DNA from: a virus
Reading direction: 5' to 3' (one strand)
Virus record (IMG/VR): IMGVR_UViG_3300027763_000034
Coordinates: 52,156-116,155 of that record
DNA: 64,000 bases
Of the stretch, positions 36,944-46,390 are shown one piece after another. Each line of letters starts with the position of its first letter. The first letter of the stretch is position 1. The notes below the pieces were generated by a model, which was not told where the DNA came from, searched no databases, and saw only the letters and a list, made by a program, of their open reading frames with translations. Position numbers and translations under genes: made by a program.

Positions 36944-37208
36944 TATATGAATATTATACCGTAATATCTATATTAAATTAATAATTCAGAAGCCGTTATG
37001 TCTGGACCAGCGTATTTCTTTTTAGAAATAAACTCTTTTACATGATCTGATCCGTATTGTCTTCCTGCCAATATTACAGTCCATCTTGGCTCAAATTTAT
37101 TGTCTGAGCATGTCTTGCATAGCAACAAATTAATTGGAAGTATTACTGATTTCTTTAATGATAATTCATTTTTGCTCTTATTACAAGAATAACATAGCAC
37201 TTTATCCA

Positions 37209-37718
37209 TTATTCCACCGCCTTTGTCATTGAAGATTTGCAGTTAGCAAAAAATCTTTCTGGGTCAAACCTGTAGCTGTCATGAGAGAAAAGTAGTGCGA
37301 ATTGTCTTACCAGCTCATTATAAACTTCTTCTGTCATTCCTTCTTTTGCCTCAGACAAAATTCTTGCTGCAATATAGTACTGATGTCTCTCAAATACACA
37401 CTCTCCAGCCATTGGTGCATGAAGCACTTTTTCTTCAATATCTCCATTGGTCATGTACAAAGTAACTGTTAAAAACTTTTTTGCAAATCCCCAGTCTTGA
37501 TATTCATTATATGCATTTACTGCATCTATTGGACTTGAGAACCTGTATAAAGATCTGTGCGGAGTCTCTCCATCTCTTGATATGCCAACCATGAATGTAT
37601 TGTTTTTTGTTTTATCATATCTGTTTGCATGCCATTTTTCTAAATTATCTACTATGTTTTGATTTACTGGAGCAATCCTATGAACTCTTGGTTGCTCCTT
37701 TGGCTGATCGTAGTTCAT
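37209..37718 (-). CDS. Hypothetical protein resembling a fusion of early ORFs 12467 and 12667
   Basis: DWGFA..F.TV..Y followed by FA..F..D..RFD..RF. Confidence 0.6.
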   Translation of the reverse strand: MNYDQPKEQPRVHRIAPVNQNIVDNLEKWHANRYDKTKNNTFMVGISRDGETPHRSLYRFSSPIDAVNAYNEYQDWGFAKKFLTVTLYMTNGDIEEKVLHAPMAGECVFERHQYYIAARILSEAKEGMTEEVYNELVRQFALLFSHDSYRFDPERFFANCKSSMTKAVE

Positions 37719-38029
37719 CTTCTTCCTCCTGGCTTTCCTTCAAGCTCTACTCTTACTCCGTATGATTCCAAAATATTTTTTACCATTTCTATATATTCTA
37801 TTACTCTAACTCTCATTGAGCCATCGTATTGTGAAAAATTATCTTCATATAGCCTAATTGCTAAAAATTCTGGATACTTTACTATATCCATTTCAAGTGT
37901 TGGTGTTGGTTTTTTTATCTCTCTTATTTTAAGAGCCATTTCTTTGTTGTAGAATGTTGGTTTGTTTGGCTCACCAGTCCATTCATTGATTCCATACTTA
38001 AAGTGATCTTTATTCTTATCAATAAACAT
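37715..38029 (-). CDS. Hypothetical protein
   Basis: Coupled downstream of whiB. Confidence 0.65.
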   Translation of the reverse strand: MFIDKNKDHFKYGINEWTGEPNKPTFYNKEMALKIREIKKPTPTLEMDIVKYPEFLAIRLYEDNFSQYDGSMRVRVIEYIEMVKNILESYGVRVELEGKPGGRR

Positions 38030-38330
38030 GCTTTTCCTTTATACGTCTCCAGACATCTTTTGTCTTATGGGCATTTCTTAGTTTATCATGGGAGCCAGAG
38101 TTTAAATAAACCCCTCCCCAGACACCATAATCACTATTGGCAACCCCATTATCATAGCATAGCTTTATGACTGGGCATGACAGGCATGCCTCATCAATAC
38201 TTTTTGCTATGTTAACATCAGCCTCATATTTATCAAAAAACAGATTAGTATCCATTCCAAGGCACAACGCAAGCTTATACCAATCTACATTATCTTCATC
38301 TACGTTTAAACTATTTAAAATATTTGACAT
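38019..38330 (-). CDS. whiB: WhiB-family Fe-S transcription factor
   Basis: W...A.C...D..LFF, C..CPV...C, GVWGG; start corrected to MSNIL. Confidence 0.92.
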   Translation of the reverse strand: MSNILNSLNVDEDNVDWYKLALCLGMDTNLFFDKYEADVNIAKSIDEACLSCPVIKLCYDNGVANSDYGVWGGVYLNSGSHDKLRNAHKTKDVWRRIKEKHVY

Positions 38331-38563
38331 ATCGTTTTGGCAGTTTCCAGATTCCTTCACGGCTGACAGAAATCTTTTCTGCCTTACCCCAAGCATCTTT
38401 TCTATACATTCCCTTTAAGTCAGTATAGCCGCCACTATCTTTTTTCCAAATTACAAGATCATAGTTGTTCCAAAATGATTCTTGTATCTTTGTGCGAGAT
38501 CTTTTAATAAAAATCTCAACACCTTTCTCCGTTAGATGCAACAAATTACTTTACCTTTTCTAG

Positions 38564-38645
38564 TACCCGAAGTCGGACTTGAACCGACATGCAATGAAGC
38601 AACAAATTTTAAGTCTGTCGTGTATACCGATTCCACCATTCGGGC
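38564..38645 (-). tRNA. tRNA-Leu(UAA)
   Basis: GCCCGAA/TTCGGGT acceptor, CT-TAA-AA loop, long variable arm. Confidence 0.9.
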
Positions 38646-38650
38646 ATACG

Positions 38651-38723
38651 CTGGTCCACCAGGGCTCGATCCTGGGACATCCAAATTAACAGTTTGGCGC
38701 TCTACCAACTGAGCTATGGACCA
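38651..38723 (-). tRNA. tRNA-Asn(GUU)
   Basis: TGGTCCA/TGGACCA acceptor, CCAAA-CTGTTAA-TTTGG; T loop is ATCGAGC. Confidence 0.88.
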
Positions 38724-38942
38724 ATATGCACAAAACCACTGTACTATGTAATTATACACGGAAAACAGTGGCGTTGTCAACGACTATTTAGTTGTTATTT
38801 TAACGATATTAACTTTTTTAATTTCGTCATCTATATTAAAAATATCGTGAATATATTCACTGGCATCTTCTGGATTAAAGGCTTCTACTTCAACCTCTAC
38901 ATCTAATTTAATGCGATATTTATTCATAACACAATTATAGCA

Positions 38943-39233
38943 TTATTTAGGTGCTTTTTTATCTACTGCTGTAAATGCTGCATTAATTTCTGATACGGTT
39001 AATTTACCATCATCTAAAAATCCACGAGCAAGTTTTTCAATTACTGTAGCAACTCCTAGGGTTCCAGCCAATATAACTGCTTTATAGGTTTCAATTCCTA
39101 CAATTGCTCCCGCTCCAATTACAGATAATCCAGAGGCTGCAAATACAGCAATAATTCTAGCTAGAATATTATTGATGTTTGCAATTGCTCCTGATCCTAC
39201 TTGTGCTGGCTCTTCAATATATGCTTTTGCCAT
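38943..39233 (-). CDS. Holin-like membrane protein
   Basis: Two TM segments; DDGKLT..EINAAF. Confidence 0.55.
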   Translation of the reverse strand: MAKAYIEEPAQVGSGAIANINNILARIIAVFAASGLSVIGAGAIVGIETYKAVILAGTLGVATVIEKLARGFLDDGKLTVSEINAAFTAVDKKAPK

Positions 39234-39415
39234 TAGTCATCCTCTCTGTTTCTAATCGGATATGTTATAGCCCATGCAATTAAAGTACATATAATTGCAT
39301 ATCCAACAATTGTTTTTGCTGACCCATCTAGGACAACCCAAGCAATAAACATGCCTAGTAGAGTCCATAATTGATCAATCATATCTTGCATTACTTTCTT
39401 TATCATTGTTATCAT
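39233..39415 (-). CDS. Small membrane protein
   Basis: WTLLGMFIAW.VL.GSAK. Confidence 0.6.
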   Translation of the reverse strand: MITMIKKVMQDMIDQLWTLLGMFIAWVVLDGSAKTIVGYAIICTLIAWAITYPIRNREDD

Positions 39416-42102
39416 GGTTTTCTTCTCCTTATTCTTGGGTCTCCACCGCCTGGACCTCCACTGGAACCTCCACCACTATGTGATGGGGTTGTTCCTCCTG
39501 CGGTTCTTGCTGCTGACGCTGCTGCTCCTGTTACTGATACAGCATTTAATGCTGCTCCTGTTGCAACAACTGTTGCTACAACCATTTTGGTTGCCTCTTC
39601 TCTTTCATCTTCTGTCATATCCGCACCGATACTTCCCAGTGCTTCTAAAGCCGCTCCAGGGTCACTGAATAGCTCTTGTGCAAATGCCGCTACGTCTGTA
39701 ACCAATTCTACATTTGCAGCAACCTCTGCTGTAATAACAACCTCTTGACCTGTTTCAGATGTTCTAACCTCAACTGGAGTCTCTGGTGGTAAATCTGCTA
39801 ATTTAATTCCAGCATCTGCCACTTGTTCTTTTGTAAGATTTTCACCTTCTGGAACTGATTGTATTAATGCATCCGCAACAATTTCTTTTTCTGCTGCAGA
39901 CAACTTGCCATCTGAGTTGGCCAATGCAACAATTGCTGCAACATCTTCTTTTGAAACTTCACCATCTGACGCAAGTGCTTCTAGTACTGCTACTTGATCT
40001 GCAGTAGAAACTTTTCCATCCGCTGCTAATGCATCAATTAATTGATCAGTTTCTTTTGCATCAATTTCACCATCTGCTGCCATTGACTCTGCAATTGCTT
40101 CAACTTCTGTACTATCAATTTTACCATCTAATAATGCATCATCAACTGTATTAGTTACATCTTCTTCTGATCCCGCCTCTGGCTCAACCGCTGGTGGCTC
40201 TTCTGCAGGTGGCTCTTCTGCAGGTGGCTCTACTACAGGTGGCTCTTCTGCAGGTGGCTCTTCTGCAGGTGGCTCTACTACAGGTGGCTCTTCTGCAGGT
40301 GGCTCTACTACAGGTGGCTCTTCTGCAGGTGGCTCTTCTGCAGGTGGCTCTTCTGCAGGTGGCTCTACTACAGGTGGCTCTACTACAGGTGGCTCTACTA
40401 CAGGTGGCTCTACTACAGGTGGTTGGACAACTGGTGGTTCCACTACAGGTGGTTGGACAACTGGTGGTTCAACTGGTGTTGGTGGAGTAGGAGCTGGTGC
40501 GGGTGTAGGTGGAGCTGGTGCAGGAACTGCATTAATTACTGTTTGCGCTTCTGCAATGATTGTAGGTGCAGTATTTACTTTTTCTACAGCTGTAGAAACA
40601 ATTGCAAGGTCTGCTACTTTTGTAGCTAATGTTGTGTTTGCTGTTGCTAATGCAGTCACAGTGTTTGCAGAAACAGTAGCGATTACAGGAATTGCTGCTG
40701 CTGCTGTTGTATTTGCTGTATTTGCTGCAACAACTGTTGTGATGGCTGAATTTAATGTAGCAATTTGCGTATTAGCTGTTTCAATTGCTGCTTGTATTGT
40801 TTCCGTATTTGGATCTGCAATAGGAGTAAACGGTGCACCCTGACTAATAGTTCCATTAAATCCAGGTCCAGAATTTGTATCAGTAATAGCAGTTATTGCT
40901 CCGCCAGTTGTCTCTCTTACATTAAATCTAGCACCATTTGGTATAGGACCAGTAACACTGACATCTGCTGCCCATGCGCCATTAGCTGGATTTACATCTG
41001 CGTTAAACCTAACCTGAGTCATCTGTGTTGCGGCGGTAGTAAGAGGATATACTCTAAGGTCCCAAGCAATATTTAAGGTATTGGTAGTTGTTGAATAAGT
41101 TACTCCAGATCCATTGCTCCATGTAGTCCAATCATACCCTGCTATAGAAATGGAAGGGGCGTTGGGAGTAGAGTAATAGTTTTGTCCCTCATTAACACCA
41201 AAAGTAATAGTAGCATTTGAGCTTACATAAACATTGTTATATGTAACCCCGCCCATTTGTAAATTAAATGGAAGGTTCATTCTAATTCCAGCATCGTCTG
41301 TATTTGCTAGTACATTTGTTGTTGTTCCAATTGTTGCTGCCAAGGCATTGACTGCTTCTTGAGCGTTATTAATTGCAACATTTGCTTGAGTTAATTGTGT
41401 TTGTGCCTCTGTCCTTGCAGGAGTTACTGCTGCCACCGCAGTAGTTGCCGTTGCAATTGTAGCTGTGGATGTATCTATTGCTGTTTGTGCTGCTTGAATT
41501 AAAGTTGTTGCAGTCTCTGATTGTGCAACTTCTACTGCAATTGCCGTAGCTAATTGAGCAACCGTGGTTGGCGTTTCTGTCATTAAAGGGGTTGCTGTTG
41601 CTATAACTGTTGTAGTTGCAGACTCAACAACAGGCACGGCTGCTGTAACTGCTGCCTGTGCTGTAGCAACCTCTGGTGTTTGAGTTGTAGAGCTTATTGG
41701 GATTGCCGCTACTGCCCGTGTAACAGCCGTTACGGTTGATGTAACTGCTTGTGTAACCGCAGTTGCTGTTTCCACTGCCGTAGATACATTTGATACTTCC
41801 GCCACCGCAGTAGTGGCTGCAGTTACTGCAGTAGTTGCTGCAGCTACGGCTGTGTTAGATGTATTTACTGCCTGTACTGCAGTCGCAATAGTTACTGTTG
41901 CTGTATCTGAGGCTTGTGCTGCTTGGGCTACTTCTGTGGTTGCTGTTGCAAGCGCTGTATTAACTGCAGCCTGTGCAGGGCTTACTACAACTTGTTCGGC
42001 GGGTGCTGGAACTTCATCACCGTAAGCAACACTTGGCCCGAAAAGAAAAAGCCAGCCCACAATAAACAGGCTGGTTAAAAAGTATTGAATCTTTCTAGTC
42101 AA
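39412..42102 (-). CDS. Large secreted/membrane-anchored adhesin-like protein
   Basis: Signal peptide, Ala/Thr stalk, NIDO-like DD....LPF...G..Y..VYVSSN..ITF, Pro/Glu repeat, acidic DG repeats, C-terminal hydrophobic segment. Confidence 0.7.
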   Translation of the reverse strand: MTRKIQYFLTSLFIVGWLFLFGPSVAYGDEVPAPAEQVVVSPAQAAVNTALATATTEVAQAAQASDTATVTIATAVQAVNTSNTAVAAATTAVTAATTAVAEVSNVSTAVETATAVTQAVTSTVTAVTRAVAAIPISSTTQTPEVATAQAAVTAAVPVVESATTTVIATATPLMTETPTTVAQLATAIAVEVAQSETATTLIQAAQTAIDTSTATIATATTAVAAVTPARTEAQTQLTQANVAINNAQEAVNALAATIGTTTNVLANTDDAGIRMNLPFNLQMGGVTYNNVYVSSNATITFGVNEGQNYYSTPNAPSISIAGYDWTTWSNGSGVTYSTTTNTLNIAWDLRVYPLTTAATQMTQVRFNADVNPANGAWAADVSVTGPIPNGARFNVRETTGGAITAITDTNSGPGFNGTISQGAPFTPIADPNTETIQAAIETANTQIATLNSAITTVVAANTANTTAAAAIPVIATVSANTVTALATANTTLATKVADLAIVSTAVEKVNTAPTIIAEAQTVINAVPAPAPPTPAPAPTPPTPVEPPVVQPPVVEPPVVQPPVVEPPVVEPPVVEPPVVEPPAEEPPAEEPPAEEPPVVEPPAEEPPVVEPPAEEPPAEEPPVVEPPAEEPPAEEPPAVEPEAGSEEDVTNTVDDALLDGKIDSTEVEAIAESMAADGEIDAKETDQLIDALAADGKVSTADQVAVLEALASDGEVSKEDVAAIVALANSDGKLSAAEKEIVADALIQSVPEGENLTKEQVADAGIKLADLPPETPVEVRTSETGQEVVITAEVAANVELVTDVAAFAQELFSDPGAALEALGSIGADMTEDEREEATKMVVATVVATGAALNAVSVTGAAASAARTAGGTTPSHSGGGSSGGPGGGDPRIRRRKP
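40193..40462. repeat. Coding 15-bp tandem repeat (AEEPP/VVEPP)
   Basis: About 18 units of GGTGGCTCTTCTGCA/GGTGGCTCTACTACA. Confidence 0.95.
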
Positions 42103-42169
42103 CTAAGGCTCTCCAAAGTAAAACAATATTTTTGTTTACTTAGTAATTATAGCAGAATGTTAGTTTAAA

Positions 42170-42358
42170 CTACTTAGGATTATCTGTTTTGTAAAATCCA
42201 TTACCTTTAAACTGTATGCCAAACGGAGTAAAGTGTCTGGTCATTTGTGATTCACATTCAACACAAGTGTAACCAGGATCTGCATCCATGATTGATCTAT
42301 GCGTTGACATTGTTGGATGTGCATCATCATATGAGCACTTGTATTCGTATACTGGCAT
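42170..42358 (-). CDS. FmdB-family zinc-ribbon protein
   Basis: MPVYEYKC...C..C...FKG.GFYKTD. Confidence 0.88.
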   Translation of the reverse strand: MPVYEYKCSYDDAHPTMSTHRSIMDADPGYTCVECESQMTRHFTPFGIQFKGNGFYKTDNPK

Positions 42359-42426
42359 ATCTATCCTTTAAGTTTGATGAGCCTTTTCATGACTTGCTCA
42401 GGTCTCCTTCGGTAGCGAACCAAAGA

Positions 42427-42846
42427 CTATTTGATCTTAATGACCTTTGGCTTCTTTTCTTCTGGAATGATTCTATCTACATTAATATGTAGCATTCCGT
42501 CTTCAATTGAAGCTCCAGTTACTTCCATATATTCACCTAGTCCAAATGTTCTGGTGAACTTACGTGCAGCGATACCCTTATGTAGGTACTCCCCGTCTGT
42601 AACCTCTTTAATTTCACCCTTAACAATAAGTGTTCCGTTATCTACTGAAACATCAATATCGCTTCTTGTGAATCCTGCTACTGCAATTGATACCTGATAG
42701 GTATCTTCGTCTATCTTTAATACATCGTATGGTGGGTATGTCTGGCGTGTTGCAGCCTGATGGACATGTGCCATTCTTTCCATTTCACGATTAAAGCCAA
42801 TAAAAAAGGGATCTGTGAAGATAGATCCCATGAGTGTATTTACCAT
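42427..42846 (-). CDS. hsp20: Small heat-shock protein Hsp20
   Basis: YPPYD, AVAGF, YLHKGIAARKF.R.F, DGML.I....PEEKKP; start corrected to 42846 (AAGGAG RBS). Confidence 0.93.
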   Translation of the reverse strand: MVNTLMGSIFTDPFFIGFNREMERMAHVHQAATRQTYPPYDVLKIDEDTYQVSIAVAGFTRSDIDVSVDNGTLIVKGEIKEVTDGEYLHKGIAARKFTRTFGLGEYMEVTGASIEDGMLHINVDRIIPEEKKPKVIKIK

Positions 42847-42851
42847 TTTTG

Positions 42852-42866
42852 CTCCTTTTAAGCGAG
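42852..42866 (-). promoter_or_regulatory. ROSE-like RNA thermometer hairpin over the hsp20 RBS
   Basis: mRNA CUCGCUUAAAAGGAG: the UCGCU motif pairs with the SD, with a bulged G. Confidence 0.55.
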
Positions 42867-42975
42867 TTAGTTTAGCATCCCCATAAGGCGGATGTAAAAT
42901 AATTATAGCATATTTAATACTAGATTTCCAGCCTGTGCCATGACTAATAAACATGAAAATGCTACAATCTATAGT

Positions 42976-43620
42976 ATGAAATCATTTTATCATTTGCATG
43001 TCAGCAGGACTAATGGAAGGTTTTTGTTTAAGTACGTACTTAAAGATCTTATTAAGTATTCAAAAACACAAGAAATAGATTTTCTTTGGCCAGAAGTTAT
43101 TCCAGATTATTGGACACACCATGGTTGGAATAATCTGATATCTGATGACACATACATAATATGTGCACTGAGGGATCCAGTGGAAGCAATAATAAGTTAT
43201 AACCTATCATTTAGTGCAATTGTAGACAAAGAAGATTTCTTTAATAGAATAGACCTAGTTACCAACATTCAGTCTAGAAGCTTTATAGAGTGGACAAACA
43301 ATAAAATTGATCCACATAAAGATGTTGAATTAGATAGAAATCTAATACTATCAAGACTTAACAGAGTAGACATGTTGATAGACTCAAAAGATATTAATAT
43401 AAATACATACAACAAAATAAAGAAAAAAATTGCTAGTGATCTAGGTTTTAATGATCTTCAATATTTTGATAATCTAGAGGATACAAACGATTTTAGGTCT
43501 AATAAGGTTAAAGAATTTTATGACTCTTTAAATGCAGAAGAAATAAATAAAATCAAAGAGGCTAACTATATGGATGTAGAGCTATATGAAGCTGCTAGGA
43601 GTCTTTTCTTCCCCATCTAA
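42976..43620 (+). CDS. Sulfotransferase-like protein
   Basis: FYHLHVSRTNGR, LRDPVE.IIS, N..D.ELY; leaderless start at 42976. Confidence 0.7.
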   Translation: MKSFYHLHVSRTNGRFLFKYVLKDLIKYSKTQEIDFLWPEVIPDYWTHHGWNNLISDDTYIICALRDPVEAIISYNLSFSAIVDKEDFFNRIDLVTNIQSRSFIEWTNNKIDPHKDVELDRNLILSRLNRVDMLIDSKDININTYNKIKKKIASDLGFNDLQYFDNLEDTNDFRSNKVKEFYDSLNAEEINKIKEANYMDVELYEAARSLFFPI

Positions 43621-43804
43621 CCCTATTCCACCCACGCTCATGGAAATAATAAAGGATAGTTTTTGTTAGTACCTCAAACCCTGCAATTGATGCAGCAGTA
43701 ATTGCTTTGTGTGTTATAAAATATGATAGTACAAAGGTATCCGCAGTTCCAATTATGCGCCAAGTTATTGCTTTTAACGCAGATCTTTGCTTAGTTACTT
43801 TCAT
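43595..43804 (-). CDS. DUF2061 membrane protein
   Basis: RS.LKAITWR..GT.DT...YYFHER.W. Confidence 0.88.
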   Translation of the reverse strand: MKVTKQRSALKAITWRIIGTADTFVLSYFITHKAITAASIAGFEVLTKTILYYFHERGWNRVRWGRKDS

Positions 43805-43863
43805 CTTTATCCTTAAAGTAGAGTCTTGCTTCTTTGTCTGCTAAATCATTATTTAAAAAGAAA

Positions 43864-44625
43864 TTAAATACCCATTTCTTTACGTTTTTGCGTAGCGCTA
43901 ATAGCATGAATGTCTGCCCCCAAATCTACCTGTTCAATCTTGTATCCCACATCTCTACCGTATACAATGTTGGTAATGTTGGGTAGTCTTAATACTAATG
44001 CGCCGTCCATAAAGTCATCCTTGGCAATATATTCTTTTACCTGATCAAATGTTAGAGGATCCTTTTCGCTAGTCTTGTATGTGTTTCTTACGCCTAACAG
44101 TACTTGCTTTGTTCTATTGCCCGCCTCTTTATAAAGCGCATGATGTCCCTCATGCCAAGGCTGGTATCTTCCGAGCATCAATGTTGTTGGTGCAGACCAA
44201 TCATGCAAATTAAAGTAATTAATAATTACGGTAGCCTTTTGATCTTGGTCCAGCTTATGGTCTTCAAAAGTTGCATCAAATTCTGTTGGGCGCTCAAACA
44301 TTTTGTTTGTATCTTCAAAACGTCCCGCTTCAATTGTATCCATAAAAATAAGAATGTCTGGCTTTCCAAATGCTGAACGTGTTAATTCTGTTGGGCATAC
44401 AAAGTCAACAATGACTGGTGCTACGCCCTGCTTGGAAATTAAACGTGCCATCTCGCCCATGCGTCTTGATTGCTCTAGTCTATCTTCTGGACTAAAACCA
44501 AGGTCGGAATTTACCGTTGCACGTACTTCATCTGCATTTAAATGAATTGCATTAATTCTTTCTTTTAAAGCTTTTGCTAATTCTGTTTTACCAGAACCTG
44601 GAAGTCCAATTATTTGAATAATCAT
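43864..44625 (-). CDS. APS-kinase (CysC)-like domain fused to an HxGH nucleotidyltransferase domain
   Basis: GLPGSGKT, AD.VR....DLGFS.EDR, DFVCP; then GRYQPWHEGH. Confidence 0.8.
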   Translation of the reverse strand: MIIQIIGLPGSGKTELAKALKERINAIHLNADEVRATVNSDLGFSPEDRLEQSRRMGEMARLISKQGVAPVIVDFVCPTELTRSAFGKPDILIFMDTIEAGRFEDTNKMFERPTEFDATFEDHKLDQDQKATVIINYFNLHDWSAPTTLMLGRYQPWHEGHHALYKEAGNRTKQVLLGVRNTYKTSEKDPLTFDQVKEYIAKDDFMDGALVLRLPNITNIVYGRDVGYKIEQVDLGADIHAISATQKRKEMGI

Positions 44626-45368
44626 GTAGAAATCTCTCTTACTAATTGATGAATGGCCTGGTCGCTATTATCATTATATGTTGACGAAAACATAAGTTCA
44701 AAATTTTTAAACCTATTTAATTCTTTTGATACTGTTTCTTTTGTCCCGTAAATGCAATTTTTTATTTGTCTTTCATTTTTCAAATCATTAAATATTTTTT
44801 CAGCTTCTGCATATGTATCTTTAATAATTAAAAATATTTTTAATATCTTTCTTCCAGTAATTATATCAAATCTATTTGAATTATTCAAGTGGTCTTCTAG
44901 TAAATAAATAATGCCATCGCCATAATTAAATGAATTATGAATTGTTTGATCTGATCCGCCGCTAAAAAATATCGCTGGGAGGTTATCATTTATTTTTCTT
45001 AGATTTAATATAAACTTACCAGACTCTATTTTTCTATCATGTATTGATGTAATATTTTCAAATAAAGACTGTTCCTCGTCTGTTGTTCCAGAAACAACGT
45101 TTAATATTAATTTGTTAGCTGAAATTTGATCAAAGCCTTTTATCATCATTGATAAATAAGCTGGGGTAAGTGCATATGGTCTAATTGCAACCATATATTT
45201 TGTTTTTTGCTCTTCAAATAAAGCATTAGCTGCCTTTATAAAATAATCTTCTTCGTCTGAATGAAATGTTGTTAATATTGAATCATAGCCCACATCATCT
45301 ATTGATTTAATAAAAGAATGAAGCTCCCTTGGATCCAAATTATATTTTAGCATCCAGTGGAACTTCAT
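44622..45368 (-). CDS. Luciferase-like (LLM) flavin monooxygenase, paralogue of 31682-32470
   Basis: MKFHWM, GYDSIL, KYMVAIRPY..TP.YL, LNVVSG. Confidence 0.7.
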   Translation of the reverse strand: MKFHWMLKYNLDPRELHSFIKSIDDVGYDSILTTFHSDEEDYFIKAANALFEEQKTKYMVAIRPYALTPAYLSMMIKGFDQISANKLILNVVSGTTDEEQSLFENITSIHDRKIESGKFILNLRKINDNLPAIFFSGGSDQTIHNSFNYGDGIIYLLEDHLNNSNRFDIITGRKILKIFLIIKDTYAEAEKIFNDLKNERQIKNCIYGTKETVSKELNRFKNFELMFSSTYNDNSDQAIHQLVREIST

Positions 45369-45385
45369 CTTAATTATCTATTATT

Positions 45386-45793
45386 TTACTTTTTAGACTT
45401 TGCTCTTGCTTTTGCAAGTGCTTCAAAATCTTTTACTTTGGTGTCACCAAGGTATCCCCAAGCATATCCATCGGATATCATTTGATCATTAATAGAGACA
45501 TCTTGTTCGTCTACGAATAGCCAACCAAGTATTCTTCCATATTTTTCTGAGGAATCCATCTTCTCTGTTTTAATTTTTACAGACTTGGCATCTTTTAATT
45601 TATACTTTAAATATTCTTTTGCTTCAAGCCCCAATTTCTTTTCTGATAAGTCTTTTGTTCTTGATTCAGGCGTGTCTATTCCAGCAAGTCTTACTCGTGA
45701 TGCAAAAAGAATATCAAAGCCTAGGTCAATAAGTACATCAATTGTGTCACCATCGACTACGGCCTCTACTTTTTTGACATAATACTCGTACAT
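45386..45793 (-). CDS. Thermonuclease (SNase) family nuclease
   Basis: VVDGDTID, RVRLAGIDTPE, KYGRILG. Confidence 0.9.
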   Translation of the reverse strand: MYEYYVKKVEAVVDGDTIDVLIDLGFDILFASRVRLAGIDTPESRTKDLSEKKLGLEAKEYLKYKLKDAKSVKIKTEKMDSSEKYGRILGWLFVDEQDVSINDQMISDGYAWGYLGDTKVKDFEALAKARAKSKK

Positions 45794-46335
45794 TATTTAA
45801 CCTTATTAAGTAGCGGAGTATTTTCTTCCCCAGCATAGACTGGTCGGCCCCAACCTACAACTGCGTTGATTAGCTTCTTTTTATTATTTTTTACATAGCC
45901 ACGAGTTTTTTCAACACACATTCCGCCGTTGCGCTGATCTCCTTTTGCGGTTCCTGAAGTGTTTCCTTCAATAACTTGAATTGTTCCATCACCATTATTT
46001 TTAATACAAAGACCAACATGAGAAATTCTATTAACACCATCATCTGGAAAATCAAAATAAATCCAGTCTCCAGCTTGTGGGTCATCATTACGTGCATCTG
46101 ACCAACGTCCTTCTTTCTTGAACTGGTCTGATGCTGCAACTGTTGACGCTGACTTAGGGAACTTTGCAACCCCCGCTGTCATTGCACACCAAGAAACAAA
46201 TGACTGGCACCATGGTTGGAAGTTGGCCTTCATCCATGCCCCATACTTTGTTTCATTATCTTTTGGGCCTTCAATTGTCCCAACTTCTTTTTTTGCAACC
46301 TCAATGATTGCCTTTAAACTTCCTTTTTCTGCCAT
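45793..46335 (-). CDS. CHAP-domain peptidoglycan hydrolase (endolysin)
   Basis: N.TKYG.W, PWCQSFVSW, HVGL, IEGNT. Confidence 0.88.
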   Translation of the reverse strand: MAEKGSLKAIIEVAKKEVGTIEGPKDNETKYGAWMKANFQPWCQSFVSWCAMTAGVAKFPKSASTVAASDQFKKEGRWSDARNDDPQAGDWIYFDFPDDGVNRISHVGLCIKNNGDGTIQVIEGNTSGTAKGDQRNGGMCVEKTRGYVKNNKKKLINAVVGWGRPVYAGEENTPLLNKVK

Positions 46336-46390
46336 TTTATTCCCCTGTCTTATTATAATTAAGTTAACGCCATCCTAGTATACCAAAAAA

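Noticed and set aside
40194-40490. + strand ORF of VALLQ repeats, or a possible CRISPR array
   Set aside because: Antisense shadow of the coding 15-bp tandem repeat; no unique spacers.
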